Source: Abditibacterium sp. (lineage in GTDB: Bacteria > Armatimonadota > Abditibacteriia > Abditibacteriales > Abditibacteriaceae). Taken from it: a stretch of DNA of 39,459 nt. Below the pieces are notes generated by a model. That model was not told where the DNA came from. It did no database searches and saw only the letters and a list, made by a program, of their open reading frames with translations. Below, one piece after another: positions 8,797 to 16,156 of the stretch. Each line of letters starts with the position of its first letter. Position 1 is the first letter of the stretch. The position numbers were made by a program, and so were the translations under genes. The stretch covers positions 1 through 39,459 of the forward strand of contig JAYVFL010000263.1 of the NCBI GenBank assembly GCA_043773205.1. Direction: 5' to 3'.

Positions 8797-10826
8797 TATT
8801 TGCTATCTCCTCGAAACCCAATCGTGGATACCTGGGCGAAATTAGAGCCATCGAGCCATGCTGTCCGCGCTTGGATGCTAATACCTTTAACGGAACGGAT
8901 CGCGTTAATCATAAGTGCACTGCTACCAGATAATTGCGGCTCTGCATAAGCTAACCAACTGTCGCCATTGGCGTCAGTAATAGCCAAATCTTGTGTTGCA
9001 CCGGCAGGAGCATCCGCGGCCCGGATCCAACGAGTGTTGATTGTAATTACATCGTTTGTGACTTCTTTCTTAAGGAATGCATCCGTATAAACGTAAGACA
9101 ATGAAATTGTTTTACCCGCTTCAGATGGTGGAAAGAAAATTCTGCCCGGTTGGGAGCCTGAAGCTGCGTTCCACACATAATAACGCCAAGGCTCAGCCAC
9201 ACTGACGTTACCGACATCGCCTACAAATTGGAGAGAGGTGTTCCTGTTATTCAATCCAACACCGTAATAGGGTGTGTAGTTAGAGGGAGCAACCGAGAGC
9301 TGATGCGTCCAACTGTCTAAGTTTTGATAAACAACGCGGGACTGGAAAACCTGATAATCCTCAGTGTTGTCAAATCGGTCGTTGGTATCAAATAAAATAC
9401 GACCGCCTTTACGATTGATGCCCCACAGAAAAAATGGATTGTTCGCCGATAAGTTGGCTATCGCTTCGGTTGGCGCAGTGATTGGCGGCGTAGCAAGAGT
9501 GTCACTAACATTTAATGCGTTGGCTTGCAGCGTCGGATATTTAGTCATTGTCGCTGGGTTTGTCGCGAGATAAGACATCAGCGCAAATGTAGCAGGAGAC
9601 GGGGTTGTTCCATCTCCACCATCCGATAGCGCCCTGAGTGGCAAAACAACTTCACGCGGTGTGCGTTGGAGCGGAGTTGGAGGAACTGTGACTGGCCCTG
9701 GTGTGGGTGTGACTTCTGGAATAATCGAAGGCACGCTATTGCTTACAATTTGACGCCAGTCGTTAATTTGATAATCAACGCTCACTTCATCACCTTCAAC
9801 AAGTGGACTAACGCCATTTGAAACATTGGTTAAAACCAGAACCCCAAGATTATTGAGAGTATTTTGAACTTCTATGTCACTGCTCACATTGGGATTGTTG
9901 ACAGGATTAATCAGCTGCCGGCGAAATTTCAACTGAATAGGGCCATCTATCACACGGGATTGGTTAAGCGCTCCGGTGGCAGGCGAATCGGGGAAACGAC
10001 GCCCTTGTAAAAGGCGCGCTTGGCTTATAGTGATGTTTGGATTGGTGCCATTTGGGGTGGATGAACGTAAAACTTCATCATTCGTGGCATTCACAATACC
10101 ATTTGTTAGTCCACCTGAGATAGCATCCAAATATTTGTAGCTGGCGTAGTAAAAATCTTCAGGATTCGCTGAGGTCAGTTGTGCAGAAGCAAGGGAAGGC
10201 TCTGCTTCTGTGAAATTGAGAAAGCCACTTTTCCTCGTTGGCGTTGCGCCACTGTTATCGAGCCTTGTTTCAGCAACAACTCCGCTGACAGGAATCTCTT
10301 TATAAACCTGAGCCAAAGGAGGCCGGGTTTGATTGGGCGCGCTTCCCACCAAAGGCCCAGCAATTGGGAAAGACGTTAAAACGTAGTCAATCGGCGTTGG
10401 AACGCCGCCCACTAAAACGAAAACTCTGCGAACGATTTGCTTTTCGCCACTGATATATTTGAACCGGCCCAGCGCAGACAAATTGTCCACGGCCTGCAAG
10501 TTACGCTTGGGGAGCGAATTGTTGCGAATCGCCGAGCCTATAACTGCCGTGGGGCCTGAACCGGGAATATCTGCAGTGATGTATGTATCGTGGACTGAAG
10601 AGGGAACTGCGCTCGACTCTTTGGCGAAACGCGCCAAGGCGGTGCGATTCAAACTGAGCGCTGTGGCTTTGTCACCCGAATTCTGGATGAGGCCCAACGC
10701 AGGAGGAAAGATGCGAATAATCGCTATTGCGCCGAAGAGAAAAATCGCCAGAGCAATAACAACCTCTACCAAGGTGAAACCGCCGCGACGGGTTGCGTCG
10801 CGGCGGGAAAAAAGAGCTTCGTTCAT
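8796..10826 (-). CDS. Large PilV/GspI-like minor pilin (676 aa)
   Basis: RRGG|FTLVEVVIALAIFLFGAIAIIRIFP; Pro/Thr-rich internal linker; TAATG coupling to the next gene. Confidence 0.8.
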   Translation of the reverse strand: MNEALFSRRDATRRGGFTLVEVVIALAIFLFGAIAIIRIFPPALGLIQNSGDKATALSLNRTALARFAKESSAVPSSVHDTYITADIPGSGPTAVIGSAIRNNSLPKRNLQAVDNLSALGRFKYISGEKQIVRRVFVLVGGVPTPIDYVLTSFPIAGPLVGSAPNQTRPPLAQVYKEIPVSGVVAETRLDNSGATPTRKSGFLNFTEAEPSLASAQLTSANPEDFYYASYKYLDAISGGLTNGIVNATNDEVLRSSTPNGTNPNITISQARLLQGRRFPDSPATGALNQSRVIDGPIQLKFRRQLINPVNNPNVSSDIEVQNTLNNLGVLVLTNVSNGVSPLVEGDEVSVDYQINDWRQIVSNSVPSIIPEVTPTPGPVTVPPTPLQRTPREVVLPLRALSDGGDGTTPSPATFALMSYLATNPATMTKYPTLQANALNVSDTLATPPITAPTEAIANLSANNPFFLWGINRKGGRILFDTNDRFDNTEDYQVFQSRVVYQNLDSWTHQLSVAPSNYTPYYGVGLNNRNTSLQFVGDVGNVSVAEPWRYYVWNAASGSQPGRIFFPPSEAGKTISLSYVYTDAFLKKEVTNDVITINTRWIRAADAPAGATQDLAITDANGDSWLAYAEPQLSGSSALMINAIRSVKGISIQARTAWLDGSNFAQVSTIGFRGDSK

Positions 10827-10850
10827 TTCTGAAGTCCAAGTGGAGCGATA

Positions 10851-11708
10851 TTAATTGGTCTGTGTCTGCCAGAAGTTGGTGGGTGGCGTCGCAGTTTTCC
10901 ACTGCGTGACGTCTACGGCTTTCGCACTTCCATCAAGGCGCAAAACGATGTCTCTGGTATTTGCGCTGTCGATGGGAGTCGGGCCATAAAGTTCGCCTGG
11001 AGTGGTTACGTTTTTACCAGTCTGAAAACGGTGATGAATACAGTGAGTAATAATGGTTGCCGGGGGCGCAAACCGGTTCGACATCGAAAATTTAATGAGA
11101 TTTTCGGTCGCATTGGCATTGAACCCTGTCGCAAGCTGCTGATTGTAGGGAAGTGCCGGGTTGACTAACAAAACTCTGGCGGGCACCGGGGTTGTCGCAG
11201 TGGCTGCCTCGGTGGGATTGGCGTAAGTGAAGCCATCTTCGCGCGTGCCCCAGTAATTCCAAACGAACTGGCTTAAATCGCCCGTGAAATTGGTTGAATT
11301 GATTTGTCCGGTTGGGAGCGGCGTTGGCTGTGCGGTTTTTGACAAAAAACCATAAGAAGAACGCGGCACATCAGAGAGAGTGTCGTCGTTTTGGCAAGTC
11401 AAAGAGTCTTGACCCGCTTTGAAGTAGCCTGGCGCGTTATTTCCTAAAGTCGCGGGCGTCGTTGTGCCGTCGTTGTATTTGGCACCCTCGGCCAGAATAT
11501 CCAGCAAAGTGGCGGGATAGCGGCCTTCGTCCTGCTTGTAAAGCTGAACCGCAGCATATATTTGCTGCAAATTGCTTTGACAATTGGTCTGGCGGGCACT
11601 TTCTTTCGCGCGATTAAACGCGGGGAAAAGAATCGCCGCCAAAATCGCAATGATGGCCAGCACGACCAGAATTTCTACCAGAGTAAAGGCACTTCGACGC
11701 TTGTTCAT
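10851..11708 (-). CDS. Prepilin-type protein, DUF1559-like
   Basis: MNKRRSA|FTLVEILVVLAIIAILAAILFPAFNRAKESARQTNCQSNLQQI is a classic DUF1559-type N-terminus; AGAGGA SD before ATG 11708; C-terminal VLRLDGSAK. Confidence 0.88.
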   Translation of the reverse strand: MNKRRSAFTLVEILVVLAIIAILAAILFPAFNRAKESARQTNCQSNLQQIYAAVQLYKQDEGRYPATLLDILAEGAKYNDGTTTPATLGNNAPGYFKAGQDSLTCQNDDTLSDVPRSSYGFLSKTAQPTPLPTGQINSTNFTGDLSQFVWNYWGTREDGFTYANPTEAATATTPVPARVLLVNPALPYNQQLATGFNANATENLIKFSMSNRFAPPATIITHCIHHRFQTGKNVTTPGELYGPTPIDSANTRDIVLRLDGSAKAVDVTQWKTATPPTNFWQTQTN

Positions 11709-11772
11709 AAATCCTCTTATTTGAAGGCAAAGCCACACCGGGTTATCAACTGATTAATAACCAATACAGGGA

Positions 11773-11801
11773 ATTATACCTTGTTTTAGCCCTTTTTTCA
11801 A
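11773..11801 (-). promoter_or_regulatory. Sigma70-type promoter for the minor-pilin operon
   Basis: Minus strand TTGAAA (11801-11796), 17-bp spacer, TATAAT (11778-11773), about 65 nt upstream of ATG 11708. Confidence 0.7.
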
Positions 11802-11813
11802 AACGGCGCGCGT

Positions 11814-12767
11814 TCAGCGCGCACCGAACATTGAGGGTTCGGGTATCAAAAGCCGCATATAAGCGGCGTTAATTTCTGTGCCATAAAGCAGCGCTGCAAC
11901 GGCTCCGATAGCGAGCATCGGGCCAAATGGCATCACTTTTCGAAAAGCACGTCGCGCCAGCAAACCGGCAATCGACTTTTTCCCATAACGCTGCTCACGA
12001 CTTTTTGCCCATTTATAAGAGCGAATTGCACGCGGAATTTGTGCACTTACTCCGATGAAAGCTCCCAGGGTGGCAGCGAGAAAGAAGAATGTCAATAATG
12101 TTGCGTTCCAACCTAAATTTGCTGCAATGGCCGCAACCAAAAGAACATCGCCAAAGCCAAGGGCCTCTTTTTTGTAGAGGCGCGAAAAACCCTCCCGCAC
12201 CAACCAAAGTCCTGTTGCACAAATTGTCATCGCTAAAATCGAAGCCGGAAGGGGAGCGGGAAGCATAGCGGCAAAAAGCGCGCCATTTTCCAACCGTGCG
12301 CCTTGAGATGCACGCCACGCATCGAAAGCCACGCCTGCCACGCCCATTAACAGCACCGATTCCAGCTGAATCAAACGCGTGTCGTAGTCCACAAAAAACA
12401 CCACGACGAGCGTAGAAACAAAAACCAGATCTCTGACTAAACGGGCATAATCTCCCGTCCAGGCCGCGAAAAAGCTCCCATCCGCCAGGTTTCCCGACTG
12501 CAATGCGACTAAAAGAAACAAAATGGCCGTTAGCAGCTCGATACCGAAATAACGCCACGAGAATTTTGCTCCGCAATACCGGCATTTTCCGCCCAAATAG
12601 AGTTGCGAAACTAACGGCACCAGGTCCATGCCGCGCAACCGCGTGTTGCAAGTGGGGCAGTGCGATGGCGGATGCGCGATGCTTTCGTGCCTTGGCATTC
12701 GCCAGATACAAACATTCAAAAACGAACCGATATTGGCGCCCAAAACGAACAGAATCAGCGGAAACAT
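11814..12767 (-). CDS. pilD: Prepilin peptidase / N-methyltransferase (A24A)
   Basis: GSFLNVCIWRMP, SHCPTC and GKCRYC Zn motifs, DYDT and GFGDV catalytic aspartates, C-terminal PFGPML. Confidence 0.95.
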   Translation of the reverse strand: MFPLILFVLGANIGSFLNVCIWRMPRHESIAHPPSHCPTCNTRLRGMDLVPLVSQLYLGGKCRYCGAKFSWRYFGIELLTAILFLLVALQSGNLADGSFFAAWTGDYARLVRDLVFVSTLVVVFFVDYDTRLIQLESVLLMGVAGVAFDAWRASQGARLENGALFAAMLPAPLPASILAMTICATGLWLVREGFSRLYKKEALGFGDVLLVAAIAANLGWNATLLTFFFLAATLGAFIGVSAQIPRAIRSYKWAKSREQRYGKKSIAGLLARRAFRKVMPFGPMLAIGAVAALLYGTEINAAYMRLLIPEPSMFGAR

Positions 12768-12782
12768 AGAAAATATGTGCCA

Positions 12783-12816
12783 AGAAAGGGCAGAAGCAAC
12801 CGCTTCTGCCCTTTCT
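12783..12816 (-). terminator. 15-bp perfect hairpin between pilC and pilD (terminator or mRNA-stabilising stem)
   Basis: agaaagggcagaagc-aacc-gcttctgccctttct; only a weak U-tract on the minus strand. Confidence 0.6.
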
Positions 12817-12828
12817 CACACCGGCTTT

Positions 12829-14061
12829 TTACTTGTCGTCGCCACCCGACAAACCGTTGATAAGCGCAATCATCGGCATGAACATCGCGATAACGATGAA
12901 GCCGACCATCAAACCCAAGCCAACGATCATTAAAGGCTCAATCGTCGCCGCGAGCTGTTCTAACTGCGTTTCGACTTCCACAGCGTAAAAGTCGGCGACT
13001 TTGCCGAGCATTTGGTCCAAAGCGCCAGTTTCTTCGCCGATGGCAATCATTTGCACAACCATAGCGGGAAAGAGTTTCGATTTTTCCAGCGGGTCGCCAA
13101 TCGGGTCGCCTTCGCGAATTCGCGCGCGGGCGTTCATGATGACATCGGTGAAAGTCTCGTTGTCAATGGCCGCCGAAACCGTTTCTAACGCCTGCAGAAT
13201 CGGCACGCCCGAAGTGAGTAGGGTAGAAAGCGTGCGGCAAAAACGCTCGACCGCGATGTTATGCGACAATTTGCCGAAAACCGGCACTTTCATTTTGTAT
13301 TTGTCGTAAACCCGTTTGCCCCACGTCGTTTTCTTCCATTTTTTAAATCCGCCTGTGGTGAGGACGATAAATATAATGGTCGGGACTATGCTTTTCGGAT
13401 TGGTCATGAAGTTCGAGGCCGAAATCAGCGCCAGCGTGATGGCGGGCATCTCGATTTTGAAATCTTTGAAAATTTCCATGAACTTCGGCACGATGAACGT
13501 CACCAAGAACGTCACGATGACAATCGCGACCACGCCGACCAAAACCGGATACGTCATCGCGGCTTTAATCTTTTGGCGCATCCGAATGTCGGACTCCATA
13601 AATTGAGCCAAACGATCCAGGGTCTCGTCCAAGACGCCGCCGACTTCGCCCGCGCGCACCAAACCAAGACACAAGTTAGAAAACGCAACCGGATGGTGAG
13701 ACATCGCGCGCGACAAGGTTTCGCCCGCTTCGACGCGGTTTTGCACGTCGCGAATGATGTCTTTCAGTTTGGTGTTCGTCGTCTGCTTTTCCAAAACCGA
13801 CAAGCAGCGCACGAGTGAAACGCCTGCGTTGATCATCGTGGCGAACTGACGGCAAAAAATGGAGATTTGCTGCATCTTCACTTTCTGCATCGCTTTGAGC
13901 GGGTTGAATTTCTTCTTTTTGGCGACTTCCGCCGCGACGGATTGAATCCAGAAACCCTGATCTTGCAAACGCTTTTGCAACATCTTTTCATTGGGCGCTT
14001 CGATGCGGCCCCGATGAATTTTTCCGGCCTGATCTTTGGCCACATATGCGAAAACCGGCAT
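12829..14061 (-). CDS. pilC: Type IV pilus inner-membrane platform protein (GspF family)
   Basis: MPVFAY start with GGGAG SD; FCRQFATMINAG, AGEVGGVLD, AMTYP, IGEETGALDQML and IEP motifs. Confidence 0.95.
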   Translation of the reverse strand: MPVFAYVAKDQAGKIHRGRIEAPNEKMLQKRLQDQGFWIQSVAAEVAKKKKFNPLKAMQKVKMQQISIFCRQFATMINAGVSLVRCLSVLEKQTTNTKLKDIIRDVQNRVEAGETLSRAMSHHPVAFSNLCLGLVRAGEVGGVLDETLDRLAQFMESDIRMRQKIKAAMTYPVLVGVVAIVIVTFLVTFIVPKFMEIFKDFKIEMPAITLALISASNFMTNPKSIVPTIIFIVLTTGGFKKWKKTTWGKRVYDKYKMKVPVFGKLSHNIAVERFCRTLSTLLTSGVPILQALETVSAAIDNETFTDVIMNARARIREGDPIGDPLEKSKLFPAMVVQMIAIGEETGALDQMLGKVADFYAVEVETQLEQLAATIEPLMIVGLGLMVGFIVIAMFMPMIALINGLSGGDDK

Positions 14062-14161
14062 AGTTTTTCTCCCTGAAACCAACTGAATTTAAAGCGCGAA
14101 TCGAGAAAAACGCGCGGCAATCGCTATTTGTCGCCGATAAAAAAGGCGACGAGCGTAAAAT

Positions 14162-15442
14162 TTAACCGTTCATGCCACCCTGAATCATCACTTCGAGTTC
14201 AGCGGGGTTATGAGCGCGGCTCATGGCATCTTCATACGTCACCAAACCGTTCAAGACCAAGTCGCGAAGCGCTTGATCCATGGTTTGCATGCCGATGCCG
14301 TTCTGGGTTTGAATAATCGACGTCATTTGATGCGCTTTGGCCTCACGAATCAGATTTCGGATCGCCGAATTCGCGATCATGATTTCGATTGCGCCAATAC
14401 GTCCGCCCCCGATTTTAGGCAAAAGCTGCTGCGTCACAATCGCAACTAACGAGTTGGAAAGCTGCGTGCGCACCTGTTCCTGCTGGTCGGCTGGAAAAAC
14501 GCCTACCATGCGGTCGATGGATTCCGCCGCTGAGTTGGTGTGCAAAGTGCCAAAAACCAAGTGACCGGTTTCGGCTGCGGTGACAGCCAGGTGAATGGTT
14601 TCGGTGTCGCGCATTTCGCCGACCAAGATTACATCCGGGTCTTCGCGAAGCGAGGCGCGCAAAGCGTTTTTGAACGAGTGAGTGTCGGTTCCCACTTCGC
14701 GCTGGTTCACGATACATTTGCGATGTGGATGCACAAACTCAATCGGATCTTCGATGGTGATGATGTGACCTTCGTGTTCCGAATTGATTTTGTTGATAAT
14801 CGCGGCTAAAGTCGTCGATTTTCCGCTTCCCGTTGGCCCGGTGACAAGCATCAAGCCGCGCGGACGGTTCGCCTGCTCCATGATGACGGGCGGCAGGCCT
14901 AAATCGTCGGGATTGGGGATTTTGGTGGGAATAACGCGCATTGCCGCAGCGAGCGCGCCTTTATCTCGGTAAGCGTTGACGCGAAAACGGGCGCCCGCAT
15001 CGGCTGTTGTGTAAGCGAAATCGAGTTCGAGATCGTTTTCAAAACGCTGGATTTGCTCATCCGACAAAATATCGTAAATGATGCGCTGCAAAACCGAGGC
15101 GCGAACCACTTCGTATTGCTCGATTTCTTTGACGTTGCCGTGAATGCGAATACAGGGCGCTTTTCCAACTGCCAGATGTAAATCGGAGCCTTTGGTGTCG
15201 AGAACATGCTGCAAAAGTTCGTCGATGTGGATTTCATCGAGCGACACTTTTTCAACCGGGGCTTCCACCGGAGTTTCCGATGCGATCCCATTTCCGGCGT
15301 AGCCGCTCTCGCCCGGTGCCTGAGCAGGTCGGGCACCCAAAGGGCGAGGCGTGAGACCATTGCCATTGGTTAAACCTTGCGGGCGCGGTGGAAGTGTGCC
15401 GGGAGCAACCGGACGGCCAACTGTGGCTGGATTTTGTGCCAT
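14162..15442 (-). CDS. pilT: Type IV pilus retraction ATPase
   Basis: GSDLHL, Walker A GPTGSGKST, IEDPIE, LREDPDVILVGEMRD, His-box TLHT and the PilT signature AIRNLIRE; GAGG SD before ATG 15442. Confidence 0.95.
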   Translation of the reverse strand: MAQNPATVGRPVAPGTLPPRPQGLTNGNGLTPRPLGARPAQAPGESGYAGNGIASETPVEAPVEKVSLDEIHIDELLQHVLDTKGSDLHLAVGKAPCIRIHGNVKEIEQYEVVRASVLQRIIYDILSDEQIQRFENDLELDFAYTTADAGARFRVNAYRDKGALAAAMRVIPTKIPNPDDLGLPPVIMEQANRPRGLMLVTGPTGSGKSTTLAAIINKINSEHEGHIITIEDPIEFVHPHRKCIVNQREVGTDTHSFKNALRASLREDPDVILVGEMRDTETIHLAVTAAETGHLVFGTLHTNSAAESIDRMVGVFPADQQEQVRTQLSNSLVAIVTQQLLPKIGGGRIGAIEIMIANSAIRNLIREAKAHQMTSIIQTQNGIGMQTMDQALRDLVLNGLVTYEDAMSRAHNPAELEVMIQGGMNG

Positions 15443-15553
15443 GAAAGATAAAACCTCGAAAAGAATGAAAAACGGAGTCCCCAAAAGAATTCCGTGAAGA
15501 TGACTCGCAAACTCGCGGCCCACACAAAGCGTAGGACGCATTCACCAACCTGA

Positions 15554-15595
15554 ACGTCTGTCGTTCCACGTCTGTTGTTCTACGTCTGTTGTTCT
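15554..15595. repeat. 14-bp tandem repeat x3 (acgtctgtYgttcY) upstream of pilT
   Basis: acgtctgtcgttcc acgtctgttgttct acgtctgttgttct read directly. Confidence 0.85.
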
Positions 15596-15604
15596 ACACG
15601 TCGC

Positions 15605-16129
15605 TTAAATGACGTTAGAAAAACGCATTTCGACGCGTTCACCCCACACAGTGGGATGCGTTGTGACGTGCAACTCGTAAAATTGCTCGTCCACTTGAAG
15701 CCGGATTCGTCCACCTAAAAGAGCATTTTCCTGTTGCAGCTCGATTTGAGCCAGCATTTTGAGACGCGCAACAATTGGTTTAAGTGCCAAAGTCGGCAAT
15801 TTAATATGCTCACGCACATCGCCAGCCACTGTGTAGCGCACGCGCACGTTGCGAGTCTGCGGTTCGATGGAAATAACCGAAGCGCCGTCGCGCACGGCGC
15901 AAAGCAAAATCGTGTTAACGATGCGCTCGACCGGTTCTTGGCCCCGCCAATTATCGGCGCCCGCAGGCGCTTCATTGAGTTCGGGATAAGCCAATTTGAG
16001 CGGCGCAGGCTGCTTCTCTTCTTCGCCGCCCGACTCGAAATCGCGCAGAGTCGCACGTTTTAGCCCTAAAAACGACCAGTATTCGGGTTTCACACGCGCC
16101 TCCTTCACTTGGGATGCGAACTTTCCCAC
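15605..16129 (-). CDS. Stand-alone PilB/GspE N2-domain paralogue without an ATPase domain
   Basis: Its C-terminal ~105 aa align without gaps to the N2 domain of the adjacent PilB (RIVNT.LL.A..DGAS.I.IEPQ...PTVWGE...MR); no Walker motifs; GTG start is uncertain. Confidence 0.75.
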   Translation of the reverse strand: MGKFASQVKEARVKPEYWSFLGLKRATLRDFESGGEEEKQPAPLKLAYPELNEAPAGADNWRGQEPVERIVNTILLCAVRDGASVISIEPQTRNVRVRYTVAGDVREHIKLPTLALKPIVARLKMLAQIELQQENALLGGRIRLQVDEQFYELHVTTHPTVWGERVEMRFSNVI

Positions 16130-16156
16130 ACCGCCGTTTCGCCTCGACAGCGGAAA

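Noticed and set aside
15554-15595. Tandem repeat as a CRISPR array or LexA box
   Set aside because: There are no spacers or cas genes, and the GTTC spacing of 10 nt matches neither GTTC-N7-GTTC nor GAAC-N4-GTTC.
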